The notes beneath the pieces were generated by a model. The model had not been told where the DNA came from. It saw only the letters and a program-made list of their open reading frames with translations, and searched no databases. A stretch of DNA of 64,000 bases from Styela clava (lineage: Eukaryota): the NCBI RefSeq assembly GCF_964204865.1, contig NC_135260.1, positions 21,390,001-21,454,000 of the forward strand, given 5' to 3'. The position numbers were made by a program, and so were the translations under genes. Below, in pieces: positions 10,983-24,545 of this stretch; within the stretch, counting starts at the first letter, position 1; each line of letters opens with the position of its first letter.

Positions 10983-13900
10983 AATAATATGCTCTATTCT
11001 ATCCTGTCTATCGGACCTCCTCAGACTCGTATGCTTTTCTTGTTTACGCAATCGACGGGTTGACCCCCTCGGACACACACCTTTTTTTCTTTACATATCA
11101 CAATACTATTTGTGTTGCCACTTGATTATTTCTATACATTAATAAATATTTTTGTTGAGCAATAACAAGTAAGAAAGCAAGAATTAGACTAGAATCTGGT
11201 GCCTTTCTAAGTAAATTTCGAATAAATATTTGATAGGGACCCCGTGATATCCTCTTATTACACTTGCCTTTCTTGTATCATAGCTGTCCTACTTGTCCTG
11301 CATTTGCCGTGCTTATCTAACACTTGTTCTGATTTTCCCCAAATGTCCCGCTGGCATCACACTGTTTGTCCCATACTTATCCTGATAGTCCCACACTTAT
11401 CCTGATAGTCCCACATTTGTAATGTACGTATTAAACTTTTTTTGCCAATCCCAAATATATTCTTATCGTCTCACACACGTTCTGATTGAATCAAACTTGT
11501 CTCACAATTTCTCTTCTTGGACCTACGCAGCATAGTTCTTGAAACCCAACTTCATAATTAAAAAGGTGGTTTACTTCTCTATTAATTCCACCTATAACAT
11601 ATTTTCCAGAATTTCATTTGAATAAATACTGTTTACAAAGTCACGCATTGCCGATTTCTACTTTTAATGCTCGGACAAAAGAATAATGCACTGGAATGTT
11701 GAGCCAATTAATTAATTATTACGTGATTAAACGGCTTTTTCTCATTCCAGTGGGATAACATGCATTGTCGCTATAATGACAACAGTTTTGTTGATATTAG
11801 GTTTACGTATCATACTTGGGATTTGTTGTAAAGGAAACAGAAAATGCAGTCGCTATTTTCTAACTTTGCATCTTTTTTGCTTAGGCCTATTTATACGGAT
11901 CTGTCAATGACTGCTACACATTAGCTTCCAGTACACTTCATCGAGAGGTAGATCGAGGTATTTATGACAAACCTTGAGGTTTCAAGCTAAATATTTGTGT
12001 GAACAACTTCATATTCATAACAGACTGATCAAATTTAAGTCAGTTTGCGGATAATTGGAAAATAGGAAAGAAGTAAGTGTACTCGGATGAATATATTATC
12101 AAGGCGTGTTTCGATTTCAAGTACTATATTTGTGACAAAGAATATTTGTCTAAAATTATCATCTTCTGTTATGGCAACCTCAATATGGCGAGTCATATAA
12201 TATCTATATTTCTACAAAACAATAGACGAAACGCTTTTAGTCGCATTTTGACTTTAACTACCAAAGTTTTTGAAGCACAAAATATCATCTTTCGTTTCTA
12301 AAAAATTGCCTTTTTTTCATTATTAGTATTTGGCCTCCACACCAGCCTTCTCACTGACACAACTTATAAATCAAGAAACATAATGGACTTCCCTTTCATG
12401 GCGACATCAATTGTTACATAACAATAGCTATTTCCACGCAGACATTGGGACATAATCATCTTTCTTCGCCTTGTTAAATATTCATTTGAAAAAATCATAT
12501 TTTGGTCCTAGTTTTAACCGCTTTTTACGATGGGATTCGACGGAAGTTTGCAGGAGAGCGTTTATATGGGTTCGACAGGATCACAAAAGGGAAGAAATAT
12601 TGGGGTAACGTAACCTGCGTGGAAAAGCTAATGGTGTGTCACAATGGTGTTGACGGCAGTGGAGCAGAGATGCTTTATATTATATAACTGAGACGGGAGA
12701 GAAACTAATAAAGGCACAAATTGCTACTTGAAAAGATGATATGCCTCAATAATCTTATAGCTCAAGTAATTTGTTTATTAAACTTCATTTTGCATTAAAT
12801 AAAGGCGTTTGAAATTTGTTATAGGAAATAGAGATACCATATTAACCAGCGACATATTGAGGTAGTCCAGAACGAACAATATGATCCCGGGCAAAGCTCT
12901 GCAATAAAGTATTCTTTGTTACAAATCTAACACTTGGAAAATTCCAACTCGCCCTGATTTTGTGCTCATTTATATACATTACCATCAAGGATTTGAGTTT
13001 TCCGCAAAACTGAGTTGTGTACAGTATGTTGGTAGATTACGAATAAAAGTCGTTCACACAAATATTTAGCTTAAAACCCTAACTTTGTCTCGCAACCGAA
13101 GATATTTTACTTTTATATATTCTACTACTATATTCTACTTTGAAGTTGACTTATACACTATAAGTGTCCCAATATAATGCAAACCCGCAAAATTGCTAAT
13201 AAATATGTTGATTTTAATAATTTCGTTTAATTTTATCTGATACCAGTTATAGATACAACTATTTTTCAAAACCCTATGCCTATGGAGTTGAGAAAAAAAT
13301 TGTTCTGTGGGACTGTTTAAATAAACTTCTGCGGGACGTTTTATTTCAACACTTACCCTGGATCTATCAAATCTATGGAACTGTGAATAATCGTAGCAAG
13401 AAATCAAAGAATCCATCTAGTTCAGGGGTGGGCAATTACTTTTCTGAGTGTGCCGGATACAGATAATAGACTTGCTTACTGGGCCGGAGGCTCAATATGA
13501 AGCTATGAATGAAAACAGTTTATTCACAAAAAAATCAGCGTAAAACTGGTGTACAAAGTGATACAATCATTAATTGGACTGATGTAGGCTACTGAACGCG
13601 TCCAGTAGCTTATTTGAATCAGGCCGGAAGCTGCTTGTGCTGATTCTCAGACCGTTTGTAGGTTATTTGTCCTAGGTACCCAATGACAGAACCGGGACAT
13701 TTCGTGGCTACTAGTTTTTATGCTAATCGTAACAATCGGTTTTAACCTAGACTTTCGCTGCAACATATATTTATCATAAAACATTTACGTTCAAATCATT
13801 TCAATATTTAGTTGCCGGTCCGTGTGTACATGGTACCAGATTAGGGTTAGGCCATAATTTCAGGTACAAATAATACTGGAGTCACTTGGCTTGTCTTAAC

Positions 13901-15447
13901 TCGAAATAGAACTAAAATAAGGAAAATTGGAATAAAATTAGGGTCTAATCCTAACCAGGTACACATAATACGCCCCGGTGTCCCGCCATCTTGGTTCACA
14001 TACTTCGGGAGTACCGATTATGGTAATCAAGCTTACGTATTGGCATACATACATTTTCTGAAATGAGGAAACCAGTTGTTAGTGATTTCGATACGAAACC
14101 CGTTTTTGAAATTTCGAATACTATCGCTACACATAACACTAATCCAAAATACTGTGTTATTGGCGGTATTGGTTACGGTGTTCGAGTAATCACGCTAAGT
14201 CACTGCGCGTTCCATGCTGCACCACATTAAAATAGTGTATTTTCTAAGAAATGTGTGTCAAGATTTATTTTCTGTTCCCAATTGTTTATTTCTAACACTC
14301 CTTCAATCCTGATACACAAATAGCAGGACCATGATGCTGTTTTACACATTCTAGAATCTAGACTCACCACGTTCTATATATCTAAAATTTTAATCAATTT
14401 TTTTTTGTTAATGTTGGCATTCCGTCGAGTAGTAACTCGGACCTGAAATACCTTCAACTTGACTAAAGTGGTCGGCGATTTCAATTAACGCGTCAATATG
14501 AATAATCTTTCATGAACATCATAAAATAGCTGATTTCCGATAGGAATTTTCACAAATATAGATCATATAATGCCAGTGGGGTTTAGAGCAGAGACAATGT
14601 GGATGTCATAGATATCCAAGAACTCGCAAATTTTCAAAACAAGACCTTAGCCTAAATTATACCAAAAAACGCTTACCAGTTTTTTTTAACAGCATAGTGT
14701 AATAATATTGCAATGAAAAAATAAAGATAAACAAACAATATCTTAGAACCGCGGAAACCTCAAAACACAAATTTTATCACGCATCGAACACACAAAAATT
14801 ACACACATTGAGATGTATGCTCTTGTTTACTTTCCCCGGGGGCGTTTGATCCTTGGGGTTGTTTTGGAAATGGCTTCCTAATGTCAGAGCCGTCGTTAAG
14901 ACGAGCCCGTAGCTTAGTTTTTATGACGGCAACTGGGAGAACCCGGCTTCGCAGAGATAGATCGTGACAAAAGGGAGTGTCACTTTCGCAGCGAGATTGA
15001 GAAAGGCCTCGTGCCGAAAGAAAGACTGGCAGCAGTCACGAACTGTATCTTCAGGCGACCGGAGTTCTTCAAATCGATTAAATCATCCTTCAGCATGGCC
15101 TCTTCGTCAATTGGAATCGTGAAATTCACGGCTCGACCGACAGTTTCGGGAAGTATCCATGAAGACTGTCAGACAGAAACTTAGAGTTTAAATGACCCTT
15201 AATGTCAATGATAGTGTTAAATTCCGCCAACAAAATTGCCAAGTATCCATTTATGATCTAAGCAGCGAAAAATCATGCCACTGCTATACCGTTAGATGCC
15301 ACTGTTACCGTGTCGGATAAAATACTCTTAAAATGAGCCAATATTTTTGCATACTGCAGAAGTTATTGTAGGATTTTTTTGTCAGTCAAGAAACACGATA
15401 TTAGACAAGTTTATTCCGAAACCTCGGCAGCGACAAATCTTGTACGT

Positions 15448-15677
15448 AACAAGAGAGCTATGCTCAAATATATGGACACGTAGAGTCACATAATTTTGAT
15501 GACGTCATAGCGGAAAAAAAAGTAATAGCCTTCTGGAGAAAATTTTTACCTTTAACCACTGGAAATTTCAAAGCAATTGGTCCAGTATTCGAAGAGAAAA
15601 GCGACTTTTTAAAAACGTGTCAAAGAACAACAACAACAACATAATATTGAAACGATCGTTATGTCCACTACGTGTCC
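15448..15677 (-). mobile_element. HINE-like element, unit 4 copy
   Basis: Paralogue of 1372-1601. Confidence 0.75.
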
Positions 15678-18092
15678 AATAATATGCTCTATTCTATCCA
15701 GTCTATCGGACCTCCTCAGACTCGTATGCTTTTCTTGTTTACGCAATCGACGGGTTGACCCCCTCGGACACACACCTTTTTTTCTTTACATATCACAATA
15801 CTATGTGTTGCCACTTTGATTATTTCTATACATTAATAAATATTTTTGTTGAGCAATAACAAGTAAGAAAGCACGAATTAGGCTAGAATATGGTGCCTTT
15901 CTAAGTAAATTTCGAATAAATATTTAATAGGGACCCCGTGATATCCTCTTATTACACTTGCCTTTCTTGTATCATAGCTGTCCTACTTGTCCTGCATTTG
16001 CCGTGCTTATCTAACACTTGTTCTGATTTTCCCCAAATGTCCCGCTGGCATCACACTGTTTTTCCCACACTTATCCTGATAGTCCCACATTTGTAATGTA
16101 CGTATTAAACTTTTTTTGCCAATCCCAAATATATTCTTATCGTCTCACACACGTTCTGATTGAATCAAACTTGTCTCACAATTTCTCTTCTTGGACCTAC
16201 GCAGCATAGTTCTTGAAACCCAACTTCATAATTAAAAAGGTGGTTTACTTCTCTATTAATTCCACCCATAACATATTTTCCAGAATTTCATTTGAATAAA
16301 TACTGTTTACAAAGTCACGCATTGCCGATTTCTACTTTTAATGCTCGGACAAAAGAATAATGCACTGGAATGTTGAGCCAATTAATTAATTATTACGTGA
16401 TTAAACGGCTTTTTCTCATTCCAGTGGGATAACATGCATTGTCGCTATAATGACAACAGTTTTGTTGATATTAGGTTTACGTATCATACTTAGGATTTGT
16501 TGTAAAGGAAACAGAAAATGCAGTCGCTATTTTCTAACTTAGCATCTTTTCTATTTATACGGATCTGTCAATGACTGCTACACATTAGCTTCCAGTACAC
16601 TTCATGAGAGGTAGATCGAGGTATTTATGACAAACCTTGAGGTTTCAAGCTAAATATTTGTGTGAACAACTTCATATTCATAACAGACTGATCAAATTTA
16701 AGTCAGTTTACGGATAATTGGAAATAGGAAAAAAGTAAGTGTACTCGGATGAATATATTATCAAGGCGTGTTTCGATTTCAAGTACTATATTTGTGACAA
16801 AGAATATTTGTCTAAAATTATCATCTTCTGTTATGGCAACCTCAATATGGCGAGTCATATAATATCTATATTTCTACAAAACAATAGACGAAACGCTTTT
16901 AGTCGCATTTTGACTTTAACTACCAAAGTTTTTGAAGCATAAAATATCATCTTTCGTTTCTACAAAATTGCCTTTTTTTCATTAATAGTATTTGGCCTCC
17001 ACACCAGCCTTCTCACTGACACAACTTATAAATCAAGAAACATAATGAACTTCCCTTTCATGGCGACATCAATTGTTACATACAATAGCTATTTCCACGC
17101 AGACATTGGGACATAATCATCTTTCTTCGCCTTGTTAAATATTCATTTGAAAAAATCATATTTTGGTCAAATTTTAAGATCATACTGACGGTCGACTAAA
17201 TAAAATTAGTTTCCCTTAATATTCTTAATGCGCTCCTAGTTTTAACCGCTTTTTACGATGGGATTCGACGGAAGTTTGCAGGAGAGCGTTTATATGGGTT
17301 CGACAGGATCACAAAAGGGAAGAAATATTGGGGTGACGTAACCTGCGTGGAAAAGCTAATGGTGTGTCACAATGGTGTTGACGGCAGTGGAGCAGAGATG
17401 CTTTATATTATATAACTGAGACGGGAGAGAAACTAATAAAGGCACAAATTGCTACTTGAAAAGATGATATGCCTCAATAATCTTATAGCTCAAGTAATTT
17501 GTTTATTAAACTTCATTTTGCATTAAATAAAGGCGTTTGAAATTTGTTATAGGAAATAGAGATACCATATTAACCAGCGACATATTGAGGTAGTCCAGAA
17601 CGAACAATATGATCCCGGGCAAAGCTCTGCAATAAAGTATTCTTTGTTACAAATCTAACACTTGGAAAATTCCAACTCGCCCTGATTTTGTGCTCATTTA
17701 TATACATTACCATCAAGGATTTGAGTTTTCCGCGAAACTGAGTTGTGAACAGTATGTTGGTAGATTACGAATAAAAGTCGTTCACACAAATATTTAGCTT
17801 AAAACCCTAACTTTGTCTCGCAACCGAAGATATTTTACTTTTATATATTCTACTACTATATTCTTGCAAACCCGCAAAATTGCTAATAAATATGTTGATT
17901 TTAATAATTTCGTTTAATTTTATCTGATACAACTATTTTTCATAACCTTATGCCTATGTTGAAAAAAAATTGTTCTGTGGGACTGTTTAAATAAACTTCT
18001 GCGGGTCGTTTTATTTCAACACTTACCCTGGATCTATCGAATCTATGGAACTGTGAATAATCGTAGCAAGAAATCAAAGAATCCATCTAGTT

Positions 18093-18775
18093 CAGGAGTG
18101 GGCAATTACTTTTCTGAGTGTGCCGGATACAGATAATAGACTTGCTTACTGGGCCGGAGGCTCAATATGAAACTATGAATGAAAACAGTTTATTCACAAA
18201 AAATATCAGCGTAAAACTAGTGTACAAAGTGATACAATCATTAATTGGACTGATGTAGGCTACTGAACGCGTCCAGTAGCTTATTTAAATCAGGCCGGAA
18301 GCTGCTTGTGCTGATTCTCAGACCGTTTGTAGGTTTGCATACGTCAGAGATATGTTTTTATTTTGTAAATCTTCATACCTCGGAACAATAATTCGGATGG
18401 GTGAATTTGAGATATATCAGGTTCGTTTTGAACCAAATTATCAGGAAAAGAATCACCGCATATTTACACGGAGATAAATAATCTTTTTAAATAAAACTAA
18501 ATTTTGTGATCCCTAATGTGTAATGCTTTTGTTTGTAAACATGTAGGCCCAGGGAATAAAGGCAAGAGGTAAAATCCTCTTTTATATCTCTGCCTGATTT
18601 TCCTTTGAAAATTAGCAACTCTTGGCGCACCCTTTGGGAACCGCTGAATTACGGTATTTATTTCAGTCGACGATTCGTTATTTTGATTGATATTTCCAAC
18701 AGAAATTTATATCGATATAAACTATAGTCGTAATTTCAGCAGGCACAAGTGGGCCGGATCCGGCCCGCGGGCCGT
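18093..18775. mobile_element. Non-autonomous hAT element, right TIR lost; spans the unit/block B junction
   Basis: Left end CAGGGGTGGGCAA (CAGGAGTGGGCAA here) follows ATCTAGTT, and a typical hAT subterminal GGGCCGGATCCGGCCCGCGGGCCG lies at 18751-18774. A nested hAT right end TTTGGGAACCGCTG is at ~18633-18646. Paralogues at ~35025-35706 and 61655-62360; only the left ~250 bp is present at 4091, ~8728 and ~13423. Confidence 0.65.
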
Positions 18776-20106
18776 TGATGTTGTTCTGAGGCACACAGGC
18801 ACGAGAAGGTCCTTCAAAGACCACCACAATCTCTAAAATGCACAACACCAGTTGCCATATCAAAATACGTCATTATCGGACCCTACTGGTTTGAATATGA
18901 AAAGGCACTTACCGGCACCAAACAGCGCTAAGTTGTGATGCTTAACAAGTTCTGAATAGATCTTGAAACACAGCAGGAAATAAATTGAAACGTGCAGTGG
19001 TTCCAACAGGATGGAACTACTCCACATAGAGTACATTAGACATCATCACACATCACATTAGAGTAGTATAATATGTATATATATATATAAAGTTTTTACT
19101 TCTGAGGTCTTTTTGCTTTCTCCTTTTCCATGCATAATTTGGCACCAGATAATCAATCGCATGTAACCTATTTAATTAAATTTATATTTATGCGGCTATG
19201 TTTTCACCGGTTGTTGGTAAATTGTGAGAAAGTGGTCGACTTCAACCTAATTCACATTCGCAAGGCGGTTTGAAATGCAGCGCGTTTGGACAATTTTTGG
19301 TTCCAGTTTTTTCCGGCAATTTAAATTCACAAATTTATCGTATTATCGCAAATGCACTTTCATCGACGCCAGTCGCTATCACGAACTGCGTAACCTAGTC
19401 TTCATTTTGTAACTGGGACCGTAGCCCACTACCTACTGCAATGTCAGCAATATAATCAATAGAGAATTCTAATCATTCGCTAAGCCAAAAAACTTAAATT
19501 CGAACCGACTTTGGAAGAAGTGCCTAGTAACAGGGACATTATTGAAACTGTTATTGAATTTGTTTTGTCCACGGGCAGAAATATTTAGGATTAGATACTC
19601 ACTGTAATTGATTTAATTGTATAATTATTTATTTGTAAATATTGTATAATATGTTAGTATAGTATTTTTAAATTCGAATTGACCAACGGCAGAAAAGACC
19701 ACTGAAGTTATATGCGACATAAAACGTATAACAACAACAACAACCTAGTCTTCAAATTGATTAGCACAAAAACGTAACATTAGGCTGATCAGCCGGCACA
19801 TACATTAATTAGCAATAGTAACATCTATCTCTATGGTGTTTTCGGTGGGCAGCAGCTGGCGAGTGTGATCTCCCGAAGAAAAGTAGCGCTAACGACCCTA
19901 ATACATATAGTATTGAAGATAAAGAGAAAGCGTTATGGCCATATTTCAGCCAAATCCAGTGTTGATTGTTGCAATAATTCAAAGCTGCTCGCGTACCACT
20001 TGAAAAGTTGAGAACCTTTGTGTTAGGGATAGTACCACAACTTAATTCCAGTCATCATCATACTGTAACGCAGGGTCTCAAACTCGCGGCCCGCGGGCCA
20101 ATTGAG

Positions 20107-20480
20107 GCAGAAAGTTGTATAAAATGATGGTAGCGTAACTTGTGTGGAAATAGCCAGTGCCGTGTTACAATGGTGTCGACCGCATAGGAGCAGATATTTT
20201 GCATAACTTGGACAGAAGAGAAAATGATGAAGCTAAAAATGCTACTTTGACAACATTTTGCTAACTCAAACCTCAAGTTTTTCTTACAACCCAAGATGTT
20301 TCGTATTCATGCATGAAGCTCTATCACAGTGGTACGTCTAAGCTCACGACATCTCATGGGTTACATATTGTCGCTACACATAGTAAGCTCTTTTATGAGT
20401 TGTTTATTTGTTTAAATTGAAATTGTATTTGTGCGATGAACAATCTTATTCTTGCGTAATTTTGATTATAATAAGCTTTC
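20107..20480 (-). pseudogene. Third fossil GPCR paralogue, in block B (also ~37038-37420)
   Basis: Diverged direct homologue of ~3255-3620, e.g. CGTAACTTGTGTGGAAATAGCC vs CGTAACCTGCGTGGAAAAGCT. Minus strand reads RSTPL*HG-LAISTQVT, with synonymous differences from the other arms (TCC ACA CAA vs TCC ACG CAG; TCG ACA vs TCA ACA). Truncated by a hAT end at 20071-20105. Confidence 0.5.
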
Positions 20481-23129
20481 ATTCTCATATTACAGTATTG
20501 TTCCAAAAATCTTTCATCGAGCCTCTGAAATAACTTCACGAAACCTGTATAATATTATCTGTTTATTTCACAATGAATTATTAGGATCGTATTCATCGTA
20601 ATATTATTATTAATCTATTAATCTATAGTTTCTTTACTTTAATTATCACGTTTTGAATAAGTTCGCATATGCTTTCATATCCACGTGTCTACAATACATG
20701 CACGAAAAACATAGGTCTGCTTTCATATCCACGTTTCTACAATACATACACGGAAAACATAGGTCTAACTCTAAACATATGGGATTGCGAGTCGTTGACT
20801 TAAGTCTAATGTGCACACTTGATTTTGGGAGGTAATTCCTATGGGATCCGTCCGCACTCGTTTGTATTTCTCATTCTGTTGATTACGTCACAGCCATCAT
20901 CAAATTTTACATTATATATATACTTTTTACCTTTTGTAATTTTTACTCTTCTTCATTCCACTTTGGCACAAACTAAATAATATTGCACGTACCCTATAGA
21001 ATTAAAAATAACATTGATGTGTCCTCAAAGTTAACATCAAGTTTTCACCTGTTGTTGGTAAGTTGTGAGATTGTGGAAATTTGACTTAATACTGTTCGAT
21101 CGAAATGCGAGGGACAACGTAACATTATTTTCTATTTATTAATTTTTCTGAAATAGAGCAAGTGGTACTTTTTTAAAATTGTCTAAAAATCCAAATAAAA
21201 AACTATTCATAAAAACGATTCCTCATTCGATTTTTTATTGTCTATCGAGCATATTTAGATATTGTTAGCGGATATTCCTGAACAAAAAGATAGAATCAAT
21301 TAGTATTTATGGTAAAGTCAACGTCATTTAATTCGTTTTCAAAACTTTGAAATCACTAAGTTATGTACTTTTAAATCAAACTCCAAAATGCATTATAAAA
21401 TCAAATACAAGAGTTATTCTCAAACATAGACACGAATCTCGATCATCGATACCGACTGGTACGGCTAGGTCTTCGTTACCCAAGTGAGAACAAAGTTTGC
21501 CAACATAGATTTACAATCGTTACAAATACAGACAAGCGTGGCTGAATATAGAGAAGCGTGGATGAATAAAGACTATGTCGATATTTTAAGTGTTCCAATA
21601 ATTAAAAACAAGTTTTCAAGGTTTATCGTGAAATACCTTGCCAACAAGTCATGAAAAATTTCAATCAACCTCTAGTACTGAAAGTTTGAAACCTATCGTT
21701 AGGGTGGTACTAATTATGCAATTTTCCTTTTGAACATTTCAGATATTCTGCAATCAAATAAATAATATTTTAAACATAAAGCCAACGATCCAACCATTTT
21801 TCATCTTGTCATTAATAAATATATTTTCTTGCAGAAATCAGACTCCATCTCAGACCTGCTGAATACATTGACTGTGAAACAAACCTAGTGTTATTTTTTG
21901 TATGTATTGAGGATAAATAAAGCACTTGCAGAGGGGTAAGTTTTCTTTGATCCTGCTGTTTTTATTACTCAGTGCTGTGATTTGTCGACAATTAAGACAT
22001 GCTTGGTAAAGGTTCAAATTTCAAAAATACCTAACCCAATATGAGTTTTTGTACTTTGGGTGTCAAATTCAGGTACTCAGTGTTGATAGCGCTTCCAGCT
22101 ATTTATTGACCCTATTTTATCAGGGTGTAAGATTCAAACATTTCGCAATGCGCCAGTCATTCTAATTATCTAATAGATAGGATGGCTTACACATAGCCAT
22201 AACGTGACGATCCAACTCTGAGCCTTATATTTGAATATTTACAGTTAATGTCTATAGCAGCTATTCCCAAAGGGTGTGCCGCAAAAATGAACATAATTTT
22301 GTTGAACATTTATTTCACCTTTTTATGTCGTTTATTGTTGAGTAACAATAGAGGCAAACACTACATAATAGACAGTAAACGACACGGGTGTATGACTTTG
22401 AATATTTTTTTCCCATCAAATACCAACAAAAGGTAAAATTAATTAATAACATTGCGACGGAAGATTGCCAAAGTCAATCAAATATGTCTAAATTGCATAT
22501 ATTTATGCTTAACAAAGCATACAAATAACCGATGCATATTTTATGTTATGCAGGAGCTGTAGGGAGTTTTTCTGAATAAGAGTGACGACCTGCTATTTCC
22601 TCACTAACTAGAATAACATCAGCTTAGTGCTTCTCGTATTCGTGAGTCGTTTACGGAAATATTGATTCGTTTGGATGCTTTGATTGAATTTCAGGAGGTG
22701 AATTTCTCGAAGAAAAATTATTCAAGACTAATTGAAACGAATAAATATAACTTGGAACATTATTTTAAAATTGATGCTCAGATCAACAATGCACTATAAT
22801 ATTGGTTTCCATCGTCGACCTTAGACGAACATGACAACTTGGAGGAGGGTACATAGAATTCTTAGACCAGCAGGAGCAGCATTTAATATTCAGAAAAAGA
22901 GCGTCATCTTCAATTTTTTATAGGTAAATGAAACTTCTTTATATGTAATAAACAATACTACCGACATTGTAATGAATGATATCGTATATTACTAGTCGTC
23001 GTGAGTGATCATGGTGAGTAAAATCAAGATATGCTTCGACTTCATGCTAATTTGATATTTTTTTTCTCATGATATAATTGGGGTCTGGAGTTTGTGTAAG
23101 TTTGTAACACTGTTTATTCACATTTAGAT

Positions 23130-24545
23130 TCAAACGAAGACAGCAATAAGGAATATATTCACGAAGTCAGTGTTGGAAGCGATTCCGAAGAACTTGATGA
23201 TCAACCATCTACAGCTCCGTCAAATAGAGCTAAAATAACAAGAAGAGGTCTACCTAGACGACTGAGAGGTGCTAGACAACAAACTCCAGCTGATATTGTG
23301 ACAAGAAAATAAAGCGAGATGTTACTTCCAATAGTGATATCGCCCAAAAGCCCAGTATAACTTTCGAAATCAAGGTTGTGGGGGTAAAAAAATGCCGCCA
23401 TCTGATAGATCGAATGATTATTTCAAACTCTTTTTAGCGAGGAATAAGTAACCATTATAGTCGTGGATAGAAACCTTTTGACTGTTGGTTCGATTCGCAG
23501 TATCTATACCATGACTTGTTTGCAAATGCAATTTTCCAAAGTGGACTCCAGGCCATTTTCCATACAATGCTTCAATGTTGTGATATCTCGAAGGACAAAT
23601 GGGGATAAAATACAGTTCATCATCAACTGTCGTACAAAAATTCCAACATTTCGTTCTTTATCAACAGTTCTCGACAGACGAGTCTATGATAGGGTATAAG
23701 GTATCTATTTCAACAATACAACCCGATGAAGACAATAAAGTGGGGACTCCTTGCTAAAACATTGGCACTGCCAAGACTGGATATATATTGAATATTGTTA
23801 TGTACTTCAGTAACGGGGGGAAAGAAACAATCGAAAGCTTGACTAAAATTTCATCCACAGTTGTTAGGCTCTTTCAACCCTATCTTAGCAAAGGGAATCA
23901 AGTATTTTGTGACAGTCTTTATATGTCATTGAACTTGGCAGATTATCTACATAAAAAGACATATCTGACATATCAGAAAAGGCGTCCCTGCTGAAATCAA
24001 AAGAAAACCAACAGCCTGATTCCAATGCGGAGTTGCAAGATTATGCTTTAAACTTTACTGACAACAAAAGGCCCCCACGATGATCTTCATTTATTATCGC
24101 GGAGATGAAACAATCACTAAGGACGTAAAAGGGCTCGATCAACACATTTTACAAATTTAGTAGAAAGTCTGTTAAGTGGTGTAAAAAGTTGTTTTTTTGG
24201 CTCATAGAAATATGTGTAACAAAGAAGGGGTCCAGGCCGGCTGATGAGACCAAATCTATTCATTTGCTTTTGTTCATTTGCTTCAGCAGAGACCTTACAC
24301 CCGATCATGTGGATGTTGGGAGAGGGGCAACGCAGCGGAATCGACGATTCCGATCGGCATCTGCCCTCCGTGTGCGAACCGAAATAAATACGATTCATGT
24401 TCAGTAATTGTTCGGGTCTGGGCAAAGACGTAAAGAATGAACTTTTGCAGCAACGGCATAATGGACGTACGCAAAGACACGACATTTTATTGTCAGTGTA
24501 GGGAAGCCTGGGCTTCATTCTGGGCTTTTCCCATTATTATCTTCA
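23130..24545 (+). pseudogene. piggyBac (PGBD4-like) transposase pseudogene
   Basis: Acidic N-terminus; STDESMIGYK (~23671); YFQQYNPMKTIKWG; KTGYILNIVMY; VVRLFQPYLSKGNQVFCDSLYMSLNLADYLHKKTYLT; RKSVKWCKKLFFWLIEICV; C-terminal Cys-rich RKDTTFYCQC..KPGLH. Many frameshifts and deletions. No TTAA/TIR found. Confidence 0.9.

Larger units (their letters stand above)
1..18335 (+). repeat. Tandem array of ~4.65-kb units: <1-4345 (partial), 4346-8969, 8970-13664, 13665-18335
   Basis: Landmark TAGTGATTTCGATAC recurs at 1, 4761, 9385 and 14080. The junction ...ACCGTTTGTA(A/G)GTT|ATTTGTC... occurs at 4345/6, 8969/70 and 13664/5, and the last unit exits into ...AGGTT|TGCATAC at 18335. The same short ORFs recur in the ORF track. 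Confidence 0.97.

Noticed and set aside
19200-19235. LPxTG sortase-anchor motif (LPTTG)
   Set aside because: No ORF, no following hydrophobic/basic tail and no bacterial context; treated as an ectodomain relic instead.
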